Sequence record: MW233709
Direction: 5' to 3' (one strand)
Source of the DNA: Escherichia phage UPEC01
Length of the DNA: 64,000 nucleotides
Part shown: in pieces, positions 31,541 to 41,829 of the stretch
How positions within the stretch are numbered: the first letter of the stretch is position 1
Layout of the letters: each line of letters opens with the position of its first letter
The notes under the pieces: model-generated
What the model saw: the letters and a program-made list of their open reading frames with translations, nothing else
Databases searched by the model: none
What the model was told of the DNA's origin: nothing
Program-made: the position numbers and the translations under genes

Positions 31541-32412
31541 AATGGTACCCTATTTTTTCGCGGTGCTGGTGGTGTTGGGTCAACCGGTACAGGAATATCC
31601 TGCGAGTAGGTTTGAACAGATTCACCTTGCCAGTCTTCTTGGTCGACGTCTCGTGGAACGGCTTCCGAGTCAACAGATTCGAAATTACCTTCCGGTGCAA
31701 GCTCTCTGGAATTCGCAAAGAAGTCAAGATAGATAGTACGGATTTCCCCGGCTACTTCCTTGACCGGTGGATATAACCAACCGTTGACTTCGAACATAAT
31801 GGACCATTCGAGTCTACGACGAGTCATTGCATCACCTTCAATTTGCTCATCCATAGCAATGGACTGGAGCACGATTCTTATATCACGTTCGAACGTAATT
31901 TCATTCGTATAAAGTTCAGTGATGGTTGTATTAAAATGTGGCTGGAAGTAAGGCATGATTTGTTCGATAATCTGGAACATATCATCTTGATGCCTTGTAT
32001 ATATTCCAAGCTCGAAAATCATTTTGACCGGTACAGGAGAATATTGTGATATCTGCTTGCGAGGGTCGTTATTAGCAAATCGCGCCTGTGTGTGATTCTG
32101 GAGAGCCGTTTTATATTGCCCGTTATACATCAAGTCAACCATATGCAGGTTCATACGGGGCAATACGGTCTCGATTTTAGCCTTCTGAGCAGCACGTTCT
32201 TGTGGTGTCATGTCAGGAGTCGGTGTATTCTGAATAGCGGTCCATTTTCCAAGCTGCATCATGAATTTTTCTTTTGAAGCATAAGAAATAGGGACCTTAA
32301 TATATTTAAGTCCAGTGTCTTCTCTGGTTCTGGCCACTTGTACATGGGAAAATAAATCGCCCATTAAAACGATATAGCGACGCAGAGACGAATTATAAAA
32401 ATGCCCAAACAA
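31537..32412 (-). CDS. 15: tail sheath stabilizer / tail completion protein gp15
   Basis: 291 aa; [20 protein letters not shown]...; T4 gp15 272 aa. Confidence 0.9.
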
Positions 32413-32455
32413 AGTAACCTCCAGGCGCCCAATTCGGGCGCATTAATAAATGTAT

Positions 32456-33241
32456 TTATTCATCAAAGAAACTATCGTCAAAGCTATCCTGTTTTGCCTT
32501 CGGAGGAGCCTCAAGTCCACGACCATTCTGCACAAAATATGGTTTAACATATTCAGCTGCTTCTGCGTTAATCTCATCAGATTCTGCATAAGGGATATCA
32601 CTGATATCTGTAAGACCATCGATATTGTGGATTGGTTGCAAATCGAGCTCACTGAATTCTGGAATATTAATACCTTCATTTCGTTGCAATTCGGGTTTAA
32701 GCTCTTCTCCGGAGTAAATGTATTTGCTCGCGGTGATTTTACGAATGGCGTTTTGACCTACCTGATAGAATGGGTCATAAGGCTGTACCCAGGTTATTTC
32801 GAACAGACTGTTATCGAGAGGGAAATAAATCAAATCTCCGGCAATAGGTTCGGTTCCATTGCATTGGTGTTTAAACAGGTTAGGGTTAATCGATATTGTA
32901 ATTTCATCGTTCACAGTCATACCGAATTTACTAAAGATAGAACCATCACCCTGATATGCATCGAACGTATCCAGATACCCAGCAAATTTCCATGCTTTAT
33001 CAAATTTACTCTGGAGGTCTTCACCAAATAGTAAATCCGGTTTAACGAATTGTCTTGGGATGTAATAGAGAGACATCCCGCGCATCTGAATACTTTCAGC
33101 AACAATAGCATCGGCTAAAGTCTGGGTATTTTCATGATGCATAAAGTTTATATAGGGGTTCAATATCTCTGTAGCATTGGTATTGTCATACCCGGTCCCG
33201 TCTTCGAGCCGGGCGAATAAGTTCGCGTCATATGTAGCCAT
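32456..33241 (-). CDS. 14: neck protein gp14
   Basis: 261 aa; [13 protein letters not shown]...[25 protein letters not shown] matches T4 gp14. Confidence 0.9.
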   Translation of the reverse strand: MATYDANLFARLEDGTGYDNTNATEILNPYINFMHHENTQTLADAIVAESIQMRGMSLYYIPRQFVKPDLLFGEDLQSKFDKAWKFAGYLDTFDAYQGDGSIFSKFGMTVNDEITISINPNLFKHQCNGTEPIAGDLIYFPLDNSLFEITWVQPYDPFYQVGQNAIRKITASKYIYSGEELKPELQRNEGINIPEFSELDLQPIHNIDGLTDISDIPYAESDEINAEAAEYVKPYFVQNGRGLEAPPKAKQDSFDDSFFDE

Positions 33242-34179
33242 TAGCCCACCAATATAGGAGTCGGTGCATCCAGCAGGTCAAGTTCTTCGCGAAGACGTTC
33301 TTTTTCCATGCGAGCTTCTTCGATTAAACGAACACCATCAACTGTGGTACCACCTGGCATCATCATCCCCTGGTGTTTAGCCAATACGTTGCCGTTAACT
33401 TCCTTAACGAGCGCTGTGGCATAGTCTTTCACCCAACGGTTGTTGTATGCACCATCTTGAAGTCCAAGGTCCTCACCGGCTCTCATACCGCTTATTCTGC
33501 GCGCAGGATTATCCCACTGTGCACCAGCATTCCACGGATTATCACAATCGGGCGAGGCAAAACCATAACCAGCTGTATTGCCAACCATTGAATCCACACC
33601 GTTATATGATTTGGTATAAACTTCAATTACAATCACATCCCCTTGACGGAAGTTGCCCATAATTTTAAGTTGTTCGGTATCATCGTTATACCAGTAATCT
33701 GGAAGCGGAACCATCAGGTCTTGCATCATTGAACGATATTGCATAAGCTGTGTAAAATAACCAAGGTCTGCACCAAAAGCATTTGGACCAAAGCTATTAC
33801 ACGAGCTACCCATCCCACCGTTAATCCCGGCAAGGCCCAGAACGAAATCTGTAAACCATGGATATGTGGCTTGTCCGTCCATTGAAGTTAATGAACCGAC
33901 GTTAGTACGAATAATCTGCGTTACTGCAAAAATATTACGTCCTTTTAAATCGAAAACACCATCGCGGAATTTCTGTTGTGAAACTTCATCATGACCGATA
34001 TAAAAAGCCTGATAACCTTTGTTATATCCATTATAATGATATTCACCGTATAATTCTAATGCACGCTGGATGCAATCATAGACTTGGTCGGTCGTAACTT
34101 CGATATTCGTGATTGGAGCACCAAGACGACGAAGGATTGCATCTTTTAATTGTTTCGGGTTGTATGATTCAGTTGCCAT
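33241..34179 (-). CDS. 13: neck protein gp13
   Basis: 312 aa (T4 309 aa); conserved position; late promoter 19 nt upstream. Confidence 0.88.
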   Translation of the reverse strand: MATESYNPKQLKDAILRRLGAPITNIEVTTDQVYDCIQRALELYGEYHYNGYNKGYQAFYIGHDEVSQQKFRDGVFDLKGRNIFAVTQIIRTNVGSLTSMDGQATYPWFTDFVLGLAGINGGMGSSCNSFGPNAFGADLGYFTQLMQYRSMMQDLMVPLPDYWYNDDTEQLKIMGNFRQGDVIVIEVYTKSYNGVDSMVGNTAGYGFASPDCDNPWNAGAQWDNPARRISGMRAGEDLGLQDGAYNNRWVKDYATALVKEVNGNVLAKHQGMMMPGGTTVDGVRLIEEARMEKERLREELDLLDAPTPILVG

Positions 34180-34197
34180 ATGTTTTCCTCTTTACTG

Positions 34198-34205
34198 TAT
34201 TTATA
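34198..34205 (-). promoter_or_regulatory. late promoter TATAAATA (gene 13)
   Basis: Octamer on minus strand 19 nt upstream of gp13 ATG. Confidence 0.6.
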
Positions 34206-34230
34206 CGAAAAAAGGGCCGAAGCCCTTTTG
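34205..34230 (-). terminator. rho-independent terminator after wac
   Basis: Minus strand reads GGGCUUCGGCCC followed by a U-run, directly after the wac stop. Confidence 0.75.
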
Positions 34231-35856
34231 TTATGGTCCAACAGTCACGAATGTAGACAAAAGAACCCATGCATTATCAACAAGCACGTAAGGGAGACCA
34301 TCAGTCGCAGGAGCGACAGGAGGTCTTTTGGCGAGCTCCGTTTCCAAGGCTGATACTTTACCTTCTAAAGTAGTTATCTTCGCCTCGGCCGCATCCAGGC
34401 GACCAGGGAGCGGAGTTACTGTACCTTCAAGGGTTGTCACGCGAGTGGTTAATGGTGCAATTTTCGCAGTATCGAGTTTAATTGCATCAATCTCGGTTTT
34501 GGTATCGATAATTTCAGTCCAGGTTCCTTGCTTGCGACCATATAACTTATTGTCCAATGGTGCATCGTTCAGCTTGGACGCCATCAGCATATCCAAGTTA
34601 ATTACAACCGGAAGAACACCACGTTCAGCCACGGTAGCACCGTTAGGGTTAGTTCCGTTCATCTGACTAGTTAAAGTCAAAATAGAACCTTTCATACCAG
34701 TGTTATTTGTACCGATTTCGGCTTGTACATCCTGAAGACCTGATGCGATTTCATTAGCCAGTGTAGTGGTCGCATTCAACTTATACGTGATAGTGTTTGG
34801 CTCCGGAGATTGCTCTGTACCAATTCTCTGAGAAAGCCATGCAGTGGTTCCGCGTAAACCAGAGCTTGAATCCTGACCAACAACAACCTGTAAGCCATTA
34901 ACATCCGAGCGCAAAGCACTGATTCGACCATTAATTGTTAATGGTTCCAGAGCGGTGCCGATATCAGCTTCAACCTTAGCAAGTCTTGGTTTGATATTCG
35001 CAATATCTGTTTCATTGACCGAAACACGTCCACCAAGATTTTCAACGCGAGTTGTAATTGCAAGTCCGGTACCAAAACCAATAGCTTCTTGAATGTTGGC
35101 AATATCTTCGTCAATTTCGACTGCTTTACCATCAAGAGTATTCAGTCGAACAAATACAGCCGGTTTACCTGTTGCTAAAGTAGACTCACCTAATTCTTCA
35201 CGAATTTTAATTACTTTTACGTTAAGAGAACCAACATCAGAATCATGATAGTTATCTTCAAGAGTCTTAATACGAACTCCATGAGCAACAATAGCCGAAC
35301 TGTTATCGATGATGCGGCGTTTCATGCCTTTTGACGGATTGCCGATAACCTGGAGACCATTTATATCTTGGTCAACATACTGGCCTAATTCATTTTTAAT
35401 CCATACGAGGTCATTACGAACTGTGCGATAATATGAATCGGTTAGCGGGTCATAAACACCAACATCTTCTTTTAACTTTTTTAGGTCTTCAGATGTTTCG
35501 CTTGATAATAATTCGGTATTAAATTGACGTTCATCAAGGTCAAGAATATTCGTACGGTTTTTTTCAATTTGTTTAACAACTTCCGTGTTAGTTGTTATAT
35601 TCAAAGCTTCCTGAATATTATTGACGTTATCAATAATTTCGTTTATTTTTTCTTTAGATGTATTTGAGTTGTCGTCGAGTGTATCTACGTTTGTTTGAAC
35701 GCCAACCGCGGCGGCGTTCAAATTACCATCATGACCATATTTGGTACTGGCCGCAGTCATACAATCACCGTTTTGTATCCAACGAATTCTCTGTTGGCCT
35801 TCGTCTGGAATACCGATGCTATACGGCAGTTCTTTGAGACTGAGTTTATTAATCAT
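34231..35856 (-). CDS. wac: fibritin (whisker antigen control)
   Basis: 541 aa coiled-coil protein ending in a foldon-like ...PYVLVDNAWVLLSTF; N-terminus and central SYYRTVRNDLVWIKNELGQY..DINGL.V.GNPS.GMK.RII match T4 Wac. Confidence 0.9.
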   Translation of the reverse strand: MINKLSLKELPYSIGIPDEGQQRIRWIQNGDCMTAASTKYGHDGNLNAAAVGVQTNVDTLDDNSNTSKEKINEIIDNVNNIQEALNITTNTEVVKQIEKNRTNILDLDERQFNTELLSSETSEDLKKLKEDVGVYDPLTDSYYRTVRNDLVWIKNELGQYVDQDINGLQVIGNPSKGMKRRIIDNSSAIVAHGVRIKTLEDNYHDSDVGSLNVKVIKIREELGESTLATGKPAVFVRLNTLDGKAVEIDEDIANIQEAIGFGTGLAITTRVENLGGRVSVNETDIANIKPRLAKVEADIGTALEPLTINGRISALRSDVNGLQVVVGQDSSSGLRGTTAWLSQRIGTEQSPEPNTITYKLNATTTLANEIASGLQDVQAEIGTNNTGMKGSILTLTSQMNGTNPNGATVAERGVLPVVINLDMLMASKLNDAPLDNKLYGRKQGTWTEIIDTKTEIDAIKLDTAKIAPLTTRVTTLEGTVTPLPGRLDAAEAKITTLEGKVSALETELAKRPPVAPATDGLPYVLVDNAWVLLSTFVTVGP

Positions 35857-35864
35857 TTTGGTCC

Positions 35865-37415
35865 TTAATAGTGAACTTTAATAATATAGTTTAAAGACAT
35901 ATTCCAAGGTCTTGTTTCATATCCGATAAGGCCTTCACGGTTTAACGTTCCGAGAGAATCACGACCACCACCTAATTCAAATCCGTCATTTGTGAAATAC
36001 GAGGCATTGTCCCAGTCTGCATATTTTCTGGTACCAAGATAACCCTGATAAACTGACGCACCAAATGGAGCTTCATTGCGTTGATATTCACCCCAGCCAC
36101 CAGCGTGTTTATGGTATGACATTTGTTGTGCCTGAACACCGCCAACATGCATTCCATCACAACCAACACCCAAACGGTCTTTACCATAACCATCTTGACC
36201 ACGGTTATTCAGAATATGACCGCCTGTACCTGCGCCACGAACGAATAAGCCGCGCATATCAGGAACGCCAGGGTTATTCCAATCACCACCAAAACGAGTT
36301 CCAACAACATTTCGATAGTCAGGGAACTGGTCGCCATTAACAGTACCACCATGACACATAATCCAACCAGGAGGAGCGCTATCACCTGCAAACATCATCA
36401 CGGTTCCGACAGGAACACGTTCGGAAGCATAACGTTGTGTAGAAAGTAATTGACCGCCCATATGAGCCGTAGTGGAGTCAAAATTGCCAGTGGAAATATA
36501 ATCTAAAGAAAGACTTCCATTAATTCGTTGACCACCTCGAGTGTTAATTACATCTGCATTCCAGGCCAGGGCTCCAGCTCCATCACCACCAGGAGCAATC
36601 CCAGCCTGAGTAGTTAATCTAACGACACCACGAATATCGGTTGTAGCACCACGACCATTAAGAGTTGCACCAGTTACCGCAACACCATCAGCACTGTTAT
36701 TGATTTCTGACTGATTACCCAGACGAATAATCCCTGCGCGGTCTTGTGTTGCTGTACGAGCATTTAAACCAGCCGGAGAAATTGCCACGCCGTCACCCAG
36801 AGTTCCTGCTTGTACTTCAGCATTTGTAGCAATTCGCACTAAACCAGAAACAGTTTGTGTAGCAGTTGAATAAGTCGGAAGAGCGGCGGTTGCTTTACCA
36901 ATTGCCAGAGCAACTTTCAACGGAGACATGGCGGTTGTGTCGTCTGTGCCAGCTAAAGCTGCATCTTCGGTGCTAATACGAAGAACACCCAGATTATTTT
37001 CGGTACCGACACGAACGGTAAAAACATCATCAATTGTTGCTTTTAATGAAGATGGAACAATAGCTGCATCGGTTACTGTCCCTGCAATTGCTTCTGCATT
37101 AGTGGCATAACGGGTAATACCTACATAAGTTTCGGTAGCTTGTGTAGGGATGTCTAAACGAGCTTTTAAGGTCGCCGGAGTCACAGCAGAGTCTGGACTA
37201 ATACCATCAATAACTTCTTGTGTGGTGGCTAGTCTGATGAGCCCTGCGGTCGTTTCGGAAGAGGCTGGGATATATCCATCTAACGCAATTTTATTAAGAG
37301 CTGCTAAAGCCTCTTGTACGTTGGTAACAGTCGACGGGAACGCTGTTCCCGTCGGGTCGAATGTTTTATATTCGGATTTATCGCTAATGTGTTTTAGCGT
37401 GTTAGTCGTTGTCAT
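35865..37415 (-). CDS. 12: short tail fiber gp12
   Basis: 516 aa; ...TPATL, AWNADVI..RGGQ.INGSL, MSYHKHAGG.GEY, C-terminal ETRPWN.SLNYIIKV match T4 gp12. Confidence 0.92.
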   Translation of the reverse strand: MTTTNTLKHISDKSEYKTFDPTGTAFPSTVTNVQEALAALNKIALDGYIPASSETTAGLIRLATTQEVIDGISPDSAVTPATLKARLDIPTQATETYVGITRYATNAEAIAGTVTDAAIVPSSLKATIDDVFTVRVGTENNLGVLRISTEDAALAGTDDTTAMSPLKVALAIGKATAALPTYSTATQTVSGLVRIATNAEVQAGTLGDGVAISPAGLNARTATQDRAGIIRLGNQSEINNSADGVAVTGATLNGRGATTDIRGVVRLTTQAGIAPGGDGAGALAWNADVINTRGGQRINGSLSLDYISTGNFDSTTAHMGGQLLSTQRYASERVPVGTVMMFAGDSAPPGWIMCHGGTVNGDQFPDYRNVVGTRFGGDWNNPGVPDMRGLFVRGAGTGGHILNNRGQDGYGKDRLGVGCDGMHVGGVQAQQMSYHKHAGGWGEYQRNEAPFGASVYQGYLGTRKYADWDNASYFTNDGFELGGGRDSLGTLNREGLIGYETRPWNMSLNYIIKVHY

Positions 37416-38080
37416 TACGATACTCGCTTATAATGGTAAAGTGAAATTGCGCCATTTGCTGTGCCACCGGATAATGTCTGGGTTGAAGTTCCAAGATATT
37501 CCCAGGAACCATAACCACCGCGCGGTTGCTGTGTAATAGTCTGGCTAAGCGTACAACCATATTGAGCGAAAGGTGCAAAATTATGGTTTTGATAGTCGTT
37601 ATATGTAATATTTAATATAGACTGGTCCACACTATCAATTGCAGAGCTTGACACGATTAAACTATCCGCAACAGCCGTCAACAAAGCATCGTTAACTTTG
37701 GAAGCAACCAATACAGCTGAATCCCCGACAATAACCTCAACCGGAATACCAAAAATGAAAAATAAAACAGTATCACCGACCCCGGCACCAGAAATAGACC
37801 CGGTGAATTTAATTTTATCCGACTGGCTGATTGCTGCCGGAGAAAGGTTATTTGTATTAGTAATTACACTACCAACTGGAAGCTCGTATCGAAATGCGAT
37901 ATCATCTATTGCGCTCTGAACTGTTGGGTAAAAAATACCTTCGGTTGTCTGTGTTGCGGATGGGCCGCCGATTGCTCGTTGACCCATAACAGCCGTAATA
38001 TTTTTTGATGTATTTTGAAATTCTAAGCAACTAGCAAGGCGGGAAATTACTCCAGCCTTTTTATTCGTTAATGTTTTCAT
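37415..38080 (-). CDS. 11: baseplate wedge / short-tail-fiber attachment protein gp11
   Basis: 221 aa (T4 219 aa); conserved position. Confidence 0.85.
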   Translation of the reverse strand: MKTLTNKKAGVISRLASCLEFQNTSKNITAVMGQRAIGGPSATQTTEGIFYPTVQSAIDDIAFRYELPVGSVITNTNNLSPAAISQSDKIKFTGSISGAGVGDTVLFFIFGIPVEVIVGDSAVLVASKVNDALLTAVADSLIVSSSAIDSVDQSILNITYNDYQNHNFAPFAQYGCTLSQTITQQPRGGYGSWEYLGTSTQTLSGGTANGAISLYHYKRVS

Positions 38081-39891
38081 TAAGCAATCCTTACCCAGCG
38101 ATGAGCAATCAAATATGGAGGCATTGTATAAACCGGTTGAGCTTGAGGGTCTTGCGCCTGATTAATGGTGGCTTTATCTTCTCTGTATTTGGTATAAGCT
38201 GGACCTTGTGCATCCGGGTCTACCTGACAACCGCCAACAACAATCGGACCATTATCATCAACAACCAAAACTTTCTCGTCGGTTTCAAGTTTAGGTACGT
38301 TTATATCTTTAATATGAACTTCAACACTACCACCTGTGCCACCCGCCGTCGCTTGTGGGTTACCACCAGAATCCAGGTCATTATTGTTTGTATGGAAGTT
38401 TGAGGCAGGGTCATCAGACCAGGCAACGATTACACGTTCTTTCAAACGTTTCCATGAACCGAATCCCATATAAGTAACCGGGTTATTCGGGTTAACCGTA
38501 TTTTCGTAAATTGTACCAACCGGATAGAATAATTCAAAGATAGCACCAACAGAAGATGGAACAACTTCCTGAAGACCGACTGGTTCAACGTTTGGTGCAA
38601 ACGGATTATCAAAATCTGTGATACGCACACGACCGGTTAGGCTCAATGTATTTCCCTGAGAAACATAAAGAGTATCAGTCTCATCACGGATTTCATCCAT
38701 GGTCATAGTTGTGCCGATATCGTTATTGTACCAAATGACTGACAGAATATCACCGTCTTCAAATTCACGGTAAATGCTAATGCCTTCGATACGGTTATCA
38801 TCATCAAATTGCAGCAAATAATCCTGGTTTGATTCAGACCAGCTACCACCATTTGCACTACATTCTGCAGCAGTAGAACCTTGTGCACCTTCACAATAAA
38901 ATACTGGAGTTCCCGCAGTACCAGCTTGATGTTGCAAAATACTGTTAATGAATACCTGACATGCGTTTGGGTTAATTGGGCTACCTGGAGAAATACCAAG
39001 TTCTTCAATTGTAAAGGTGTGTTTGGTTGTCAAATCTGTAACAATCAAAGAACCATTAATTGTTGTTTCTTTGGTCCTGTCTTGACTACGAACAAGTATA
39101 TCACGACGATTATACGAACTACGCCATTGAGCAATACCATCATTAAATGTTCGGATGATAACAGTATCACCTTCAGCGCATGGCATTTTCAAACGGATAC
39201 TTTTGCCGTCAAGCGCAACAATTTCACCAGGGTTTGCACCAGGGGAACCAAATTCAGCATTCACCGGGTCGAAAATATCATCTTTACCATAAAACAGGTC
39301 GTTACCACGATGTTTGACTTCTAAGTTCGATACGCTATACGGAATAGCACCAAACACATTGATAAAGTCAGTTTGTCCTTCGGTAGCAATAAACTGTTGG
39401 GATGCAACTGTAGCAACGTCGTTATTTGAAATTTTATCGACTTGTTTATTATCGATATATTCCCAACGACCTGGTGAACAATATACAAGTTCAAGGTCAG
39501 CTAAGTTGCGTTTAATTTCTACTGGATTTGGTGAGCCTTTAATCGTATCCCCGACTGCAGGAACAATTGTCACCGGGTTGATTTGCCAAGTAGCAAACAC
39601 GTCACGCAAGCGAATTACATAATTGTATTCTTGAGTTGTTCCTTTCGGGAGGACGACTCGAACTGCACCGGCTGATGTATCGATGGTATAGCTTCGACCC
39701 ATAACAGCAGACAACTCGGTGCCTTCTTGTGTAGTCCAAGTTTTCCATGCACCAGCCGCATGAGGATTTTCACCGTCCCCCAGCTGATAATAAAGGTCGT
39801 CAAAGTTATTGTTTATTTTTTGACCGCCGAGACGAAGGTAATCACCAGTACCATCATCAACCATATTGCCAATTTTTAAATTCTGTTTCAT
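38080..39891 (-). CDS. 10: baseplate wedge / tail pin protein gp10
   Basis: 603 aa (T4 602 aa); conserved position. Confidence 0.85.
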   Translation of the reverse strand: MKQNLKIGNMVDDGTGDYLRLGGQKINNNFDDLYYQLGDGENPHAAGAWKTWTTQEGTELSAVMGRSYTIDTSAGAVRVVLPKGTTQEYNYVIRLRDVFATWQINPVTIVPAVGDTIKGSPNPVEIKRNLADLELVYCSPGRWEYIDNKQVDKISNNDVATVASQQFIATEGQTDFINVFGAIPYSVSNLEVKHRGNDLFYGKDDIFDPVNAEFGSPGANPGEIVALDGKSIRLKMPCAEGDTVIIRTFNDGIAQWRSSYNRRDILVRSQDRTKETTINGSLIVTDLTTKHTFTIEELGISPGSPINPNACQVFINSILQHQAGTAGTPVFYCEGAQGSTAAECSANGGSWSESNQDYLLQFDDDNRIEGISIYREFEDGDILSVIWYNNDIGTTMTMDEIRDETDTLYVSQGNTLSLTGRVRITDFDNPFAPNVEPVGLQEVVPSSVGAIFELFYPVGTIYENTVNPNNPVTYMGFGSWKRLKERVIVAWSDDPASNFHTNNNDLDSGGNPQATAGGTGGSVEVHIKDINVPKLETDEKVLVVDDNGPIVVGGCQVDPDAQGPAYTKYREDKATINQAQDPQAQPVYTMPPYLIAHRWVRIA

Positions 39892-40760
39892 TATACCGGT
39901 ACTCCGATTGTTTGGGCGGAAATTACTTTAATAGCGAGCTTCATGGCAGTGGGTGAGCTTATAGCCGCCTGAATGATATCCTGGTTATCAATTCTAAAAT
40001 CGATGGCATATATCTCATCTTCTTCATTAGTTTGTCCACGTCTGATTACAGCGTATTCTGTGCTATATACCTTGCGGTCCTTAAGGTCGATGTAAAGTAA
40101 TATTTCTGATGCTTTGTATTTAGTTTCGTCTGTTGAAATAGCCGTCAGCATCAATTTGATAGTTTTATAATCTGCACGGAAAGCAAGTGGAATATCACGA
40201 ACAACCGAGCTCATATTGTATGTTTTGTCGAGCAATACAGATTGGTTGCCAAACATACTTTCAATTTTGTAGTCCCATGTCCCTACGCCGTTAGCATCGT
40301 CAATACACCACAATGTAATTTTTGTATAAGGCTGAGTAAATTTCATTTTGTTCGTTGCAGCAGTCAGGAATGAATCCGTGCCTTGTAGTTCAACTTCCAG
40401 AGGCAACGAGGTGGATAATGAACCATTGGAGTTAATAAAGATAACACCTTCGCCTGCTTTACCTTTTGCAATTCTTGCAGTGATAACACCTTCGGCAGTA
40501 TTGACATCCCGCATAGAACCGAGAGCAACAGTTGAGTTCCATTCAATGATATTTGTGGCTTTTTGATAGTAGCCGGTCGCATGAAGTACCTGGGAGTTTT
40601 CTCCATTATTCACAGAGTACAGACGCTGGTCGCCGAATGTATTATACAAACTGTCTAAATCCACGTTCAGTTTACGACCGCCTTCATATAGAATATCACC
40701 GGTGCTGGCGTTACCAATCTCGCCGATGTCTACTAATAATTTTGGGGTTTGATTAATCAT
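39891..40760 (-). CDS. 9: baseplate wedge, long-tail-fiber socket gp9
   Basis: 289 aa (T4 288 aa); late promoter 28 nt upstream. Confidence 0.85.
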   Translation of the reverse strand: MINQTPKLLVDIGEIGNASTGDILYEGGRKLNVDLDSLYNTFGDQRLYSVNNGENSQVLHATGYYQKATNIIEWNSTVALGSMRDVNTAEGVITARIAKGKAGEGVIFINSNGSLSTSLPLEVELQGTDSFLTAATNKMKFTQPYTKITLWCIDDANGVGTWDYKIESMFGNQSVLLDKTYNMSSVVRDIPLAFRADYKTIKLMLTAISTDETKYKASEILLYIDLKDRKVYSTEYAVIRRGQTNEEDEIYAIDFRIDNQDIIQAAISSPTAMKLAIKVISAQTIGVPV

Positions 40761-40787
40761 AGGTAAGCCTCGTTATTGATATAGCTA

Positions 40788-40795
40788 TATTTATA
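40788..40795 (-). promoter_or_regulatory. late promoter TATAAATA (gene 9)
   Basis: Octamer on minus strand 28 nt upstream of gp9 ATG. Confidence 0.7.
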
Positions 40796-40798
40796 GAA

Positions 40799-40825
40799 TA
40801 AAAAAGGGACCCGAAGGTCCCTTGC
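40799..40825 (-). terminator. rho-independent terminator after gene 8 (GGGACC-UUCG-GGUCCC)
   Basis: Plus AAAAAGGGACCCGAAGGTCCC; minus strand gives the same UUCG hairpin plus U-run, just upstream of the gene 9 late promoter. Confidence 0.75.
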
Positions 40826-41829
40826 TAGAATTCAAAAATAATGTTAACTTCTTCTGTCTGGTCCATTGCACGAATAATCGGTGGGCGGTTTTCCATATAA
40901 ATCATTTCCCCGGAATGACGGTCCAAATCAATTGCATCGTAGTATTCTTTGATTGCTTTGATATTTGGGTCATTAGGATGTACTTTAACTTCAAGTGGGT
41001 TGGATATAATCGACAGCTGGCGGAAGCCTTTGTTCCCCGGGAGACTGAACTCTGGGAAATAAATGGAATCCATAAATGCTTTAAATCTGATTGTATATCC
41101 TTTGATTCTGTATATTAAACCGAAATCATCTTGTTGCCAGCTGATATTGTCTTTGTAGCCCCAACGTGATGGGTCTTCTTCGATTTCTTCAGGCCATGGA
41201 ACAACAATATATTCGTTAGTACAACGGTTGATGGATACATCAGGTGGAATCTCATACAAATATTCCCAGAGATAACCATCGCCCATATCGACTCGTCCTT
41301 CTGTATCACCAGTCCCAGCTGGAGCTCTCGTCGAGTTATATTCTGCAGTCCATTTACCACCGAGTTTTAAACACTCTTCTTTATTGATAATAGAATAAAT
41401 GGAGCAAGTCCCAACATCAGGAACGTCTACACAACGATAAACCATCCAACCTTTACCAACATCAGTTCGGTTATACGGAGCACTGTTAGCTACAACAATT
41501 TCCCCTACCTGGAAGTTAAGCGGATTGGGATATCTGATATCGCCCCAGTCTTTACGTGGGACAACACAATCAAGCATTGACTTATAAACTTTGACTGCAC
41601 CCATCATATTTGTCCAAGTATCTTCAACACCTTGCGCTGTGTCAACCGGATAAGGAGGGGCGAACCCCGGGTCATTCTCATTCGAAGCCCAGGGTTCAGC
41701 GCGACCGAATGTTACATACATCGTATTCTGGTCGGGCTCGTTACCAATCATTTTATAAAAGTTATACATTTTTTCAGTTCGAAATTTCGAGGTAATTATC
41801 GAACGATAAACTACAGATGAATTATTCAT
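40825..41829 (-). CDS. 8: baseplate wedge subunit gp8
   Basis: 334 aa, same as T4 gp8; terminator hairpin immediately downstream. Confidence 0.85.
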   Translation of the reverse strand: MNNSSVVYRSIITSKFRTEKMYNFYKMIGNEPDQNTMYVTFGRAEPWASNENDPGFAPPYPVDTAQGVEDTWTNMMGAVKVYKSMLDCVVPRKDWGDIRYPNPLNFQVGEIVVANSAPYNRTDVGKGWMVYRCVDVPDVGTCSIYSIINKEECLKLGGKWTAEYNSTRAPAGTGDTEGRVDMGDGYLWEYLYEIPPDVSINRCTNEYIVVPWPEEIEEDPSRWGYKDNISWQQDDFGLIYRIKGYTIRFKAFMDSIYFPEFSLPGNKGFRQLSIISNPLEVKVHPNDPNIKAIKEYYDAIDLDRHSGEMIYMENRPPIIRAMDQTEEVNIIFEF